Of a stretch of 64,000 bases of DNA, positions 13,658-26,392 are shown piece after piece. The notes beneath the pieces were generated by a model. The model searched no databases, was not told where the DNA came from, and worked only from the letters and a program-made list of their open reading frames with translations. Origin of the DNA: Ranitomeya imitator (taxonomy: Eukaryota); NCBI RefSeq assembly GCF_032444005.1, contig NC_091283.1:45756001-45820000 (forward strand), given 5' to 3'. Made by a program: the position numbers and the translations under genes. Position 1 is the first letter of the stretch; each line of letters begins with the position of its first letter.

Positions 13658-15658
13658 GCACAGCAGCACATCAGCGGCTCACATACAGGGTGCCCAGCAG
13701 CACATCAGCGGCTCACATACAGGGTGCCCAGCAGCACATCAGCGGCTCACATACAGGGTGCCCAGAAGCACATCAGCGGCTCACATACAGGGTGCACAGC
13801 AGCACATCAGCGGCTCACATACAGGGTGCACAGCAGCAGCACATCAGCGGCTCACATACAGGGTGCACAGCAGCAGCACATCAGCGGCTCACATACAGGG
13901 TGCACAGCAGCAGCACATCAGCGGCTCACATACAGGGTGCACAGCAGCAGCACATCAGCGGCTCACATATAGGGTGCACAGCAGCACATCAGCGGCTCAC
14001 ATACAGGGTGCACAGCAGCAGCACATCAGCGGCTCACATATAGGGTGCACAGCAGCAGCACATCAGCAGCTCACATACAGGGTGCACAGCAGCACATCAG
14101 CGGCTCACATACAGGGTGCACAGCAGCACATCAGCGGCTCACATACAGGGTGCACATCAGCGGCTCACATACAGGGTGCACAGCAGCAGCACATCAGCGG
14201 CTCACATATAGGGTGCACAGCAGCAGCACATCAGCAGCTCACATACAGGGTGCACAGCAGCACATCAGCGGCTCACATACAGGGTGCACAGCAGCACATC
14301 AGCGGCTCACATACAGGGTGCACAGCAGCACATCAGCGGCTCACATATAGGGTGCACAGCAGCACATCAGCGGCTCACATACAGGGTGCACATCAGCGGC
14401 TCACATACAGGGTGCACAGCAGCACATCAGCAGCTCACATACATGGTGCACAGCAGCACATGAGCGGCTCACGTATAGTGTGCACAGCAGCACATTAGCG
14501 GCTCACATACAGGGTGCACATCAGCGGCTCACATACAGGGTGCATATCAGCGGCTCACATACAGGGTGCATATCAGCGGCTCACATACAGGGTGCCCAGC
14601 AGCAGCACATCAGCGGCTCACATACAGGGTGCACATCAGCGGCTCACATACAGGGTGCACAGCAGCACATCAGCGGATCACATACAGGGTGCACATTAGC
14701 GGCTCACATACAGGGTGCACATCAGCGGCTCACATACAGGGTGCACATCAGCGGCTCACATACAGGGTGCATATCAGCGGCTCACATACAGGGTGCCCAG
14801 CAGCAGCACATCAGCGGCTCACATACAGGGTGCACATCAGCGGCTCACATACAGGGTGCACAGCAGCACATCAGCGGATCACATACAAGGTGCACATCAG
14901 CGGCTCACATACAGGGTGCCCAGCAGCAGCACATCAGCGGCTCACATACAGGGTGCACATCAGCGGCACATCAGCGGATCACATACAGGGTGCCCAGCAG
15001 CACATCAGCGGATCACATACAGGGTGCACAGCAGCACATCAGCGGATCACATACAGGGTGCCCAGCAGCACATCAGCGGATCACATACAGGGTGCCCAGC
15101 AGCACATCAGCGGATCACATACAGGGTGCCCAGCAGCACATCAGCGGATCACATACAGGGTGCACAGCAGCGGATCACATACAGGGTGCCCAGCAGCACA
15201 TCAGCGGATCACATACAGGGTGCCCAGCAGCACATCAGCGGATCACATACAGGGTGCACAGCAGCGGATCACATACAGGGTGCCCAGCAGCACATCAGCG
15301 GATCACATACAGGGTGCCCAGCAGCACATCAGCGGATCACATACAGGGTGCCTAGCAGCACATCAGCGGATCACATACAGGGTGCCCAGCAGCACATCAG
15401 CGGATCACATACAGGGTGCCCAGCAGCAGCACATCAGCGGATCACATACAGGGTGCACAGCAGCACATCAGCGGATCACATACAGGGTGCCCAGCAGCAC
15501 ATCAGCGGATCACATACAGGGTGCACAGCAGCACATCAGCGGATCACATACAGGGTGCCCAGCAGCACATCAGCGGATCACATACAGGGTGCCTAGCAGC
15601 ACATCAGCGGATCACATACAGGGTGCCCAGCAGCACATCAGCGGATCACATACAGGGT
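13658..15658. repeat. 26/34/37-bp minisatellite filling BCKDHA intron 4
   Basis: Unit GCACAGCAGCACATCAGCGGCTCACATACAGGGT with variable CAG number; a CT-to-AT variant dominates from ~14960. Confidence 0.97.
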
Positions 15659-15694
15659 GTGAACGTTGTATATATTGTAGGGTCTGCGTCTCAC

Positions 15695-15803
15695 CTGCTT
15701 CCCGATACTGCCCAAAAACCATATCTGTGTCTTGGAGGGCGGCTACGCTGCCCACGTGGGTCCCCTCCTCTCCGTAGTTGGTCATATAGAAAGATATTCT
15801 TCC
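15695..15803 (-). CDS. BCKDHA: BCKDHA exon 4
   Basis: [37 protein letters not shown]; 109 nt. Confidence 0.97.
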
Positions 15804-17372
15804 CTATGCGAGTAAAGATGAGTTAGGTGGTCAGCATAGGTCGTGAGGTCACCTACACCCACAACAGGGGGCAAACTGTGTAATCTGCCCTACAGTCCGT
15901 CCCTACCCCAAGACAGTGCTCCATACAGAAGAGGTATGCAATTTAGCTCTCCTCCAGAAGGAAGAATATGACCCCTGGAGCCATTTGTAGTATCTATGGT
16001 GGAGTTCAAGTCCGTACAGATACGGATGATAATGGCTCAGAACATACCTGTGCCACAAGTCCATCACACAGTGTAAATGGACCTTTACAGCGGCCAACCG
16101 CTTCCCGACCCACCGTAGACTGTAAACGTCCGAACAGTCCCGCTCCTGTTCTGCACTGATGGTCTAAAAGGTCACTTGAATAGAAGCGCAGCTGCGCCAT
16201 TTTCAGGGATCTGACTGTCAGACAAAGCTGGACTCACCATAAAGAAGGCAGTCACGGTTTATTACCATCTGTGCCTTCTCCATCACTGTATATATGGCGC
16301 TAAAGAAGCTCTATGTACTCAGTAATAGGAAGTGGACAGCGCTGCCTACTCCATATACAGTGATCATGTCACCGCTATGTACAGGAGAGGAACAGAAGCC
16401 GCTGGGTCATAGGAGACATAGACTGCTCTGCTACGCAGACAGGAGGTAGCATGTGCCCTGTAACTGGGGCCAATATACCAACCCCAGTTACAGGGGAAAT
16501 AAAAATATTTCAATATTCAAATGTTCCCCCTACCACAGGTCTTTCATGACCTCATGGGAGGAACAATGGGTAATTTAAAAAAAAAAAATTCCACCGTCAA
16601 TCCAAATTGCTGTTACTAGTCCTGCTCCCATTAAAAAAAAATCCAATATTACAAAAAATATTTGTTACAGAATGGAGAACAAGTTTTGAAGTGCGTTTTA
16701 CTGGTTTTATGTTGTCACAGGAAGAAAAGAAAAAAGGTTATGGCAGCCATTTATTTCCCTACAGACATCAGCAAAAAAAGAAAAAAAGAAAATTACAGGG
16801 ATCTAAAAATTAAGCTCCATGTATCATAAAAAGACAAAAAAATACTTGAATATAAAAAATAAAAAAAAAATAATATTTCAGCCTCTTTATATTGCATGTA
16901 TAAAAAAAAACCCCAAAACACACAAAAATGTGACTGATTTTGAGCCGGATAAACTAGTGCATGTAAGGTGCTGTCAGCGTACAGTAAGGGGTTTAAGTTT
17001 TAAACAAAAGAACAATCATTCTTTTATAAATTATTATTTTTTTTTCTTTTTTTGGGGGGGGAGGGGGAAGGGTTAGGTGGTGATAACTTACTGGTCCCCT
17101 GGACCCCCAGTGGTCCGGAGAGCTCGGCAATGCTTGAATAAAGCGGAAGGGGGACATACTGAACCCCAACTCCATCCATTGGAAATAGCAGAGCTGTGCG
17201 CCGCTTCTCCCATAGTCAACGAATAGAGCGGAGATTGTACGTACCTCTGCAGTGTCGTGTTCTCGGGAGGAGAGTTGGAGGTCCCAGTGCCAAGACCCCC
17301 AGCAATCAGCAATCAGGGGGTCAACCTTTCTTACAGATAGCGGATAACTTTCAATTGTCACCGATCACCCAC

Positions 17373-17459
17373 CTGTCTCTGAGACTCGTACAGGATCCTG
17401 TCCATGGTGTTCAGCAGCGTCATGGTCTCGTAAAACTTCAGGACGGTCTCCTTAGGAAT
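17373..17459 (-). CDS. BCKDHA: BCKDHA exon 3
   Basis: [29 protein letters not shown]; 87 nt. Confidence 0.97.
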
Positions 17460-17566
17460 CTGCAGGACCATAAATACATGAAATGCCCGTGTAACGTGGC
17501 ATTATTTTACATGCATGTTAGAATAAAAGGGCACAATCAGGACACGGCCCGATACAGGACACTTAC

Positions 17567-17743
17567 ATTGGGGTCTTCACTGGGGTTGACTATCTGCCCC
17601 TGGCGGTCCATCACCCTGTAGATGGGGATCCCGGAGATGACATTGGGCTGGATGAACTCCAATGTGTCCACGAAGTCGGCAGACGCTCCGGGGAACTGCG
17701 GCTTTTCTTCCAGAGGTGTGAACTCGCTGTAGGAGCGGACGGC
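17567..17743 (-). CDS. BCKDHA: BCKDHA exon 2
   Basis: [59 protein letters not shown]; 177 nt. Confidence 0.96.
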
Positions 17744-19481
17744 CTGGAAGAAGGAAGCACAGAACGGTCACAATCTGCCAAACCTGACCCCGACAACACA
17801 TCTATATGTTATGGCCGCTCCTCCTTAACTTCATCCTTGTTCTCCTATGACCCAAATTCAGAAGCTTTGGGGAAAATTACATGGTCCCACCCTGCTGCCA
17901 CATTTAGGGCCGGCTGTCAGTCAGTCTCGGGTGCGGTTACAGACGCCGGTCTCTATACAATGAGCGGTGATTGAACCCGCGCCGTCGCCTCCCTATGACC
18001 AAACGCTGCAGGGATGTTTCCCCCTGGCAGCGGGGGTCTAAGTGCGGGCGCCGGGCGGGAAAAAAAAACGCTACTAACCTACTGATTAACCTCATATCTG
18101 CAGGTTAATAGCGTTTTTTTTTTTACGTCACAGGTTCCCTTTAAATAAATCTACTTGAGGGCTTTTTTGCAAATGGGAACCATTAAACAATTTGCATCGT
18201 TTGGCTTTTACACCCCGTTTCCCTGCACGTTGGTCTGTGAGGTGGTCATAAGAGGAGCTCAGAAGAAGACAGATAAGATGGACTACACAGCAGATTGTTA
18301 GAACGGGCTCACTGATGGATTCTCCGTTAACTCATTCTGCAAGCCAGCACTAGACAGTACAGGAGAAACCACAGAAGGCAAACAGTTCAACATTTTTATT
18401 ATTAAAACCAAATTGCAAAAAAATATTTTTAGCCCTAAATACACACATTTAAGTTAGAAATAAAAATGGCCCCAAAAGGTGGACAACCCCTTTAAGTGGC
18501 ATTTTGTCATTTTGAAGGCGAACAGGTCAATGTTATGGGTTTCCGACCGATTGCTACAAAAGGAGCTTAGGTTGTTGTTTATATCTTCCAGGCTTTAGCG
18601 GAAGAGAAAGACGGACGTCTCCATAACAAGGGTGGGATCAGATCGCCCCCTTACGTGAGCCTACAAGACCCCACTGTGCTCACGTGACTATAGACGAGCT
18701 GCAGTTCTGGTTGGGGGTCCGCTGTGCAAAAGGTAAACAAAGCAGTGAATCATTGAGATAGGTGGGGGATTCTTGACGTCGGACCCCCACTAATTATAAA
18801 GCAATCGCTTTCTAGCACGTTGCTTAAGGAAGGTCGGACGTCATCACGCTCGTGCCTATAGATCCCTGTGCAGCGTTATTGTGTATGGAGGCGGGGATCA
18901 GGAATTGGAAGTCCTCACGCCCCTCTGTGAGCAGCCAATCAGCACAGAGATCTGCGGCGAGCCTCCTCAGCAGTCACTGACCTTCCCCAGGGAGCCAGCA
19001 GCTGTAGCACACAATGTCACCCTGTGACTGCCGCCCCCCACCGGGCCGTACAGCAATAACACCATGACGTACTACAACCCCCAGCCAGGCCAGAGATCCT
19101 AGGTGATCACAGGAAAAGTATGAAGTCCTTAGATAGAAGGGCGCGGAATAGAAATGTGATCGCTCCTCTCCGGAGCTCATCAGAACCTCAGCGTCAGGCC
19201 AGTACCGCACCGCCAAGATGTCCGGACCCCAATTCATCAATCTCATAGGCAAACTTGAGGCTGTTATATCCAGGTCAGGAGACCCCCAGTCAGTCCGGAC
19301 ATTGTGGTTGGAATCAGAAGTGCGAAATCAGTCACACAGAACAAGGGTACGCATGGGGGCGAGGACCCTGATAAAAGCACAGTGCCCCCCAGACCACCGA
19401 GCCCATGACAAATAAACATGAACACTAAACAGAAAAAAAATTCAAGTTTGTGCACCCTGCATGGACTTTTACAAGCCTGAT

Positions 19482-21633
19482 GGGGGGGAAATCACCGGAG
19501 GCAGGAGGGGGGGAAATCACCGGAGGCAGGAGGGGGGGAAATCACCGGAGGCAGGAGGGGGGGAAATCACCGGAGGCAGGAGGGGGGGAAATCACCGGAG
19601 GCAGGAGGGGGGCCCCGCAGACAGGAGGGGGGGAAATCACCGGAGGCAGGAGGGGGGGAAATCACCGGAGGCAGGAGGGGGGGGAAATCACCGGAGGCAG
19701 GAGGGGGGGGAAATCACCGGAGGCAGGAGGGGGGGGGGGGGGGGGGGAAATCACCGGAGGCAGGAGGGGGGGGGGGGGAAATCACCGGAGGCAGGAGGGG
19801 GGGAAATCACCGGAGGCAGGAGGGGGGGAAATCACCGGAGGCAGGAGGGGGGGAAATCACCGGAGGCAGGAGGGGGGGAAATCACCGGAGGCAGGAGGGG
19901 GGGAAATCACCGGAGGCAGGAGGGGGGGGGGGGGAAAATCACCGGAGGCAGGAGGGGGGGGGGGGGGGAAATCACCGGAGGCAGGAGGGGGGGAAATCAC
20001 CGGAGGCAGGAGGGGGGGAAATCACCGGAGGCAGGAGGGGGGGGGGGGGAAATCACCGGAGGCAGGAGGGGGGGGGGGGGGGGAAATCACCGGAGGCAGG
20101 AGGGGGGGAAATCACCGGAGGCAGGAGGGGGGGAAATCACCGGAGGCAGGAGGGGGGGGAAATCACCGGAGGCAGGAGGGGGGGGAAATCACCGGAGGCA
20201 GGAGGGGGGGGGGGGGGGGGAAAATCACCGGAGGCAGGAGGGGGGGGGGGGGAAATCACCGGAGGCAGGAGGGGGGGAAATCACCGGAGGCAGGAGGGGG
20301 GGAAATCACCGGAGGCAGGAGGGGGGGGGGGGGAAATCACCGGAGGCAGGAGGGGGGGAAATCACCGGAGGCAGGAGGGGGGGAAATCACCGGAGGCAGG
20401 AGGGGGGGGGGGGGAAATCACCGGAGGCAGGAGGGGGGGGGGGGGGGGAAATCACCGGAGGCAGGAGGGGGGGAAATCACCGGAGGCAGGAGGGGGGGAA
20501 ATCACCGGAGGCAGGAGGGGGGGGAAATCACCGGAGGCAGGAGGGGGGGGAAATCACCGGAGGCAGGAGGGGGGGGAAATCACCGGAGGCAGGGGGGGGG
20601 GGGGGGGGGAAATCACCGGAGGCAGGAGGGGGGGGGGGGAAATCACCGGAGGCAGGAGGGGGGGGAAATCACCGGAGGCAGGAGGGGGGGGAAATCACCG
20701 GAGGCAGGAGGGGGGGGAAATCACCGGAGGCAGGAGGGGGGGGGGGGGGGAAATCACCGGAGGCAGGAGGGGGGGGGGGGAAATCACCGGAGGCAGGAGG
20801 GGGGGAAATCACCGGAGGCAGGAGGGGGGGAAATCACCGGAGGCAGGAGGGGGGGAAATCACCGGAGGCAGGAGGGGGGAAATCACCGGAGGCAGGAGGG
20901 GGGCCCCGCAGACAGGAGGGGGGGAAATCACCGGAGACAGGAGGGGGGCCCCGCAGACAGGAGGGGGGGAAATCACCGGAGGCAGGAGGGGGGGAAAATC
21001 ACCGGAGGCAGGAGGGGGGGAAATCACCGGAGGCAGGAGGGGGGCCCCGCAGACAGGAGGGGGGGAAATCACCGGAGACAGGAGGGGGGCCCCGCAGACA
21101 GGAGGGGGGGAAATCACCGGAGACAGGAGGGGGGCCCCGCAGACAGGAGGGGGGGAAATCACCGGAGGCAGGAGGGGGGCCCCGCAGACAGGAGGGGGGG
21201 GGAAATCACCGGAGGCAGGAGGGGGGCCCCGCAGACAGGAGGGGGCCCCCGCAGACAGGAGGGGGGCCCCGCAGACAGGAGGGGGGCCCCGCAGACAGGA
21301 GGGGGGCCCCGCAGACAGGAGGGGGGCCCCGCAGACAGGAGGGGGGGAAATCACCGGAGGCAGGAGGGGGGCCCCGCAGACAGGAGGGGGCCCCCGCAGA
21401 CAGGAGGGGGGCCCCGCAGACAGGAGGGGGGCCCCGCAGACAGGAGGGGGGCCCCGCAGACAGGAGGGGGGCCCCGCAGACAGGAGGGGGGCCCCGCAGA
21501 CAGGAGGGGGGCCCCGCAGACAGGAGGGGGGCCCCGCAGACAGGAGGGGGGCCCCGCAGACAGGAGGGGGGGAAATCACCGGAGGCAGGAGGGGGGCCCC
21601 GCAGACAGGAGGGGGGCCCCGCAGACAGGAGGG
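19482..21633. repeat. G-tract minisatellite with two unit types in BCKDHA intron 1
   Basis: Unit A (G)n-AAATCACCGGAGGCAGGA on the left; unit B GGGGGGCCCCGCAGACAGGA on the right; mixed at ~20900-21600. Confidence 0.97.
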
Positions 21634-22322
21634 ACGCGAATGTGTCTGACTGATGTGTAGATCTTGGGATGACACTGGTTCCTTTTGTTGAGACCCCCAA
21701 CCCCCCCAGAATAACCAGTCTTACAGGCACGGCCTCCTGGGTAACGGCATGGAAAGGAGATTTTCTTAAAACTGTCTCTAGGTCGCTGCTGTACAGGACA
21801 ATACCAGAAGGTGGCCATCACCCAGAGCTGTGGGTCGGTCATCAATACCAGATCAGTGAGGGTCCGACCCCCGCCGCCATCCGCTGCGCTGGCTCCAGCC
21901 TGATGTATACAATGTGCACCAGCTGCTGCAGAACAGCTTCCTGAGGACGGCCAATCAACTGATTCCACTTCAATTTCACAACATTTGCAGATTCTAGAAA
22001 ATCTGAATTTTGGGGAATTTGATGGATTTATACTGACCATGAAGGAAATGTAAAACTCTCTCATTTTCCTCAGAGCTGATCTCAGCTGATCGGCGGCGGG
22101 GGGCACCGGGGGTTGGACCCCATATTGACAGAAGAGCAGTGGGGCATCAGGTATAGACGTCAGATGATTGGGTGAATATCCCGTGGGGTGACTGACTTTT
22201 ATCCTCCTTCCCCCGGTTACAGATGGGAGATTATATAAACGGCACGAACAATAATAACACAAGTGATTACACCCGGCAGTGACAAGTCCTGGGCGCAGGA
22301 GCAGCTTAGAGGGTCGGCTCAC

Positions 22323-22391
22323 CTGTCTCCCCCCGGTCACCCTCCATCCAGCCGCAGCTCGCAGCCTCCACAACGTCCTCAGCGCCGCCAT
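22323..22391 (-). CDS. BCKDHA: BCKDHA exon 1 (mitochondrial targeting peptide)
   Basis: MAALRTLWRLRAAAGWRVTGGRQ|gtgagc; Arg-rich with no acidic residues; phase 0 joins exon 2. All nine exons total 1296 nt = 431 aa. Confidence 0.88.
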
Positions 22392-22615
22392 CTTGTTCCC
22401 AGGCTGTCCCTCCTGCCGCCCGATGTGGCCTCAGGTCCCCATCACTACCAGAGAACGAAGCTCAGTCCTGGCCTCGGCAAACATCCCAGCAGGTGACCTC
22501 CGCCCAGCCGAGAGCACAGGAACTGTCCCCCCTCCGTGACCGGCAGTGAGCAGGGCAGCCCGGCGCACAGGACCCCGGAAGCGGAAGTGTCCAGCACGTG
22601 GTGTTGGGAAGACTG
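22384..22615. promoter_or_regulatory. BCKDHA/EXOSC5 bidirectional promoter
   Basis: Divergent ATGs at 22391(-) and 22616(+). TISU/YY1 CAAGATGGCGGC at 22384-22395(-), tandem ETS CCGGAAGCGGAAGT at ~22575-22588, E-box CACGTG at 22595-22600; CpG-rich. Confidence 0.85.
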
Positions 22616-22700
22616 ATGGAGATGCTCGCGGGCTTGCGGGAGATCGCCTGTGAGCAGAGCCCCCTGAGCAGGCCGGATGGCTCCGCTACGTTCCTGCAGG
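22616..22700 (+). CDS. EXOSC5: EXOSC5 (Rrp46) exon 1
   Basis: MEMLAGLREIACEQSPLSRPDGSATFLQG|gtaata; SRPDGSA RNase-PH motif; phase-1 donor. Confidence 0.93.
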
Positions 22701-23337
22701 GTAATAATAGACATGTTCTTATCGATGTCTGTGAATAACTGCCTCACACGTAGCGGAAAGAAGAGGGGGCGTGGCCTATAAACAACCCATCAGGTTCCAG
22801 CTTTCATCTTTGCCACGCAGATTAAAATGTGAAAGCAGCAATATGATTGGTTGCTATGGCCTTTGTTCTTTCTAACAGTAGAGTCTCGTCCCGTAGCAAC
22901 CAATCGGATTTCAGTTTTCATCAATTAGAAAATGAAAATAGAGATATGATTGGTTTATTTCACAAATCCACCAGTCTTTGTATTGATGGAGGCGTGGGCT
23001 ATAGCAACCAATTGGATTTCAGCTTCTAGCTTTGCAGCACAGAGTGGAATGTGAAAGCTGGCGTCTGATTGGTTGCTATGGTTCCTGTCTTTCTCATGAG
23101 GCCCAGTACTTATCTGAAGAGCGAGCTCTGTACGTACATTCCGCATGTCTGTGTAATATAAAAAGTCCTGAGTTTTATATCACGGCTTCTGCTATACATC
23201 AGCAGTAATAACACACCCTCACCTGTGACCTGTTTGCTTGTAATCAGTGTGTGCGCATAAAAGCTGAGGGAGTTTCTGGGATCCAGACAGACTCTTGCAT
23301 CTTTCATCCAGCCACTGACATTTCTGGATTGTGAGTC

Positions 23338-24678
23338 ATGGGGAAAGCAAAAGAATTGTCAACGGATCTACAGGAAAAGGTAGTTGAACTGAATAAAACA
23401 GGAAAGGGATGCAAAAAGATATCCAAGGAATTGATAATGGCAGTCAGCAGCGTTCAGACTGTGATTAACAAATGGAACATCAGGGCCCCGGTAAAAACAA
23501 AACCACGGTCAGGTAGACCAACAACAATCTCATCCACAACTGCCAGGAAAATTGTTCGGGATGCAAAGAAAAACCCACAAATAACATCAGCTGAAATACA
23601 CGACTCTCTGAAAACTAGCGGTGTGGCTGTTTCAAGATGCACAATAAAGAGGCACTTGAAGAAAAATGGGCTGCTTGGTCGAGGCGCCAGAAGAAAGACA
23701 TTACTGCGCAAATGCCACAAAGTATCTCACCTACAATATGCAAAACAACAGAGACATGCCTCAAAACTTCTGGAACAAGGTAATTTGGAGTGATGAGACC
23801 AAAATTGAACTTTTTGTCCACAACCATAAACGTTACATTTGGGGAGAGGTCAACAAGGCCTATGATGAAAGGAACACCATTCCTACTGTAAAGCATGGAG
23901 GTGGATCGCTGATGTTTTGGAGATGTGTTAACTACAAAGGCACAGGAAACATGTTCAGAGTTGGAGGAAAGATAAATGCAGCACGTTATCAGCAAATAAT
24001 GGAGGCAAATTTGCACTCATCAGCCCGGAACCTGCGCATGGGACGTACTTGGACTTTCCAACATGACAACGATCCAAAACACAAGGCCAAGTCAACCTGT
24101 CATTGGCTACAGCAGAACAAAGTGAAGGTTCTGGAGTGGCCACCTCAGTCTCCTGACCTTAAAGGGACACTGTCACCTGAATTTGGAGGGAACAATCTTT
24201 AGCCATGGAGGCGGGGTTTTTGGGTGTTTGATTCACCCTTTCCTTGCATGCTGGCTGCAATATTGGATTGAAGTTCATTCTCTGTCCTCCGTAGTACATG
24301 CCTGCACAAGCAATCTTGCCTTGCGCAGGCATGTACTATAGAGGACAGAGAATGAACTTCAATCCAATATTACAGCCAGCATGCAGCCAGCGGGTAAGGA
24401 AAGGGTGAATCAAACACCCAAAAACCCCACCCCTATGGCTGAAGATTCTTCCCTCCAAATTCAGGTGACAGTGTCCCTTTAATATCATTGAGACACTCTG
24501 GGGAGATCTCAAGCGCGCAGTTCATGCTAGACAGCCCAGGAATCTACAGGAACTGGAGGCTTTTTGCCAAGAAGAGTGGGAAGCTTCACCATCTGAGAAA
24601 ATAAAGAACCTCGTCCACAATTACCACAAAAGACTTCAAGCTCTCATTGATGTTAGAGGGGACAATACACGGTATTAA
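23338..24678 (+). pseudogene. Tc1 DD34E transposase, frameshifted and interrupted
   Basis: MGKAKELSTDLQEKVV...WSDETK...FQHDNDPKH...SPDL[MITE]NIIETLW. Frameshift near 23745; MITE inserted just before the catalytic Glu. Confidence 0.9.
24163..24478. mobile_element. T2/Kolobok-type palindromic MITE
   Basis: TTAA|AGGGACACTGTCACCTGAATTTGGAGGG...CCCTCCAAATTCAGGTGACAGTGTCCCT|TTAA. Confidence 0.9.
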
Positions 24679-24967
24679 GAAAGGGGGTACGTGAACTTTA
24701 GATCGGGGACATTTGGATGTTTTGGGTTGTTATTATGATTTAGAAAGAGCATTATCCAAGAAGTATCGTTTCTCCTTGCAGAGATTGACATGCTAAGCAT
24801 GCCGAGATGAGGAGATTTAAAGCTGCAATGCTCCTCTGGGTAATATGCTAATTATGCAAATTGTCTCTTCAGAGAGGAAGAGAGCGAGAACTCTAGTGCT
24901 ACCTATTGGAAGGTAGCAATCCTACAAGTCAATGTTGACCCTTAGACGAGCCTTTTCACATGACTAA

Positions 24968-25431
24968 GGCTACTTTCACACTAGCGTCGTACGACGCACG
25001 ACGCAATGCTGTGAAAGCGCAGCACAACGGGGGCAGCGGATGCATTATTACAACGCATCCGCTGCCCCATTGTGAGCTCCGGGGAGGAGGGGGCGGAGTT
25101 CCGGCCGCGCTTGCGCGGTCGGAAATGGCGGACACAATGCACCAAAAAACGTTACATGCAACTTTTTTGGTGCCGACTGTCCACCACAACATGACGCAAC
25201 GCGTCGCTAATACAAGCCTATGGAGAAAAAACGCATCCTGCAGACAACTTTGCAGGATGCGTTTTTTCTGCAAAACGACGCATTGCGACGTGCGTCGTAC
25301 GACGCTAGTGTGAAAGTAGACTTGGGCGTTGAAATACTGCATCCGCTGCCCACCTCATGCACAAATTTCACAACGTATGTCGGCCCGACGCATAGCGACG
25401 GACCCGTACCGGCACAAGTGTGAAAGTAGCC
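24968..25431. mobile_element. PIF/Harbinger-type MITE
   Basis: TIR GGCTACTTTCACACT...AGTGTGAAAGTAGCC with TAA/TTA flanks; interrupts the minus monomer. Confidence 0.8.
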
Positions 25432-25444
25432 TTAGGATAATAGC

Positions 25445-25524
25445 GAAACCAGAATCTCAATTTGCAGACACTGTGTGTTTCTGGGTACTGCCCCTCGTCA
25501 GTGCAAAGCGGAGATCTGGTTTGG
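25445..25524 (-). ncRNA. Type I hammerhead ribozyme (variant copy)
   Basis: Minus strand: TTTGCA-CTGACGA-GGGG-cagta-CCCA-GAAA-CACACAGTGT-C-TGCAAA. Core intact; G10.1/A11.1 mismatch in stem II. Confidence 0.75.
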
Positions 25525-25679
25525 CTGATTGAGAGGCGTCTGACCCTTATCCAAGTAGTATCATTTTTCCTTGTAGGATTGCTATCTTCCAATTGGTGGC
25601 ACTAGAGTTCTAGCTCTCTTCCTCTGAAGAGACAATTTGCATAATTAGCATATTACCCAGAGGAGCATTGCGGCTTTAA

Positions 25680-26392
25680 AGGTACCGTCACACTAGACGA
25701 TATCGCTAGCGATCCGTGATGTTGCAGCGTCCTCGCTAGCGATATCGTCCAGTGTGACAGGCAGCAGCGATCAGGCCCCTGCTGTGCTGTCGCTGGTCGG
25801 GGAAGAAAGTCCAGAACTTTATTTGGTCGCTGGACTCCCCGTAGACATCGCTGAATCGGCGTGTGTGACACCGATGCAGCGATGTCTTCGCTGGTAACCA
25901 GGGTAAACATCGGGTTACTAAGCGCAGGGCCGCGCTTAGTAACCCAATGTTTACCCTGGTTACCATTGTTAAAGTAAAAAAACAACCGCTACATACTTAC
26001 CTACCGCTGTCTGTCCTTGGCGCTCTGCTTCTCTGCTCTGGCTGTGAGCACAGCGGCCGGAAAGCAGAGCGGTGACGTCACCGCTCTGCTTTCCGGCTGG
26101 CCGGCGCTCACAGCCAGATCAGAGAAGCACAGCGCCGGAGGACAGACAGCGGTAGGTAAGTATGTAGCGGTTGTTTTTTTACTTTTAGGATGGTAACCAG
26201 GGTAAACATCGGGTTACTAAGCGCGGCCCTGCGCTTAGTAATCCGATGTTTACCCTGGTTACCGGGAACCTCGGGATCGTTGGTCGCTGGAGAGCGGTCT
26301 GTGTGACAGCTCTCCAGCGACCAAACAGCGACGCTGCAGCGATCCGGATCGTTGTCGGTATCGCTGCAGCGTCGCTTAGTGTGACGGTACCT
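25680..26392. mobile_element. PIF/Harbinger-type MITE
   Basis: TAA|AGGTACCGTCACACT...AGTGTGACGGTACCT|TAA with internal palindromes; interrupts the plus monomer. Confidence 0.85.

Noticed and set aside
13551-15826. Long HQ/AAH-rich ORFs
   Set aside because: Translations of a stop-free minisatellite, antisense within BCKDHA intron 4 and open in several frames.
19450-21730. 730-aa Gly/Arg-rich ORFs
   Set aside because: Artefact of the G-tract array; they depend on homopolymer lengths.
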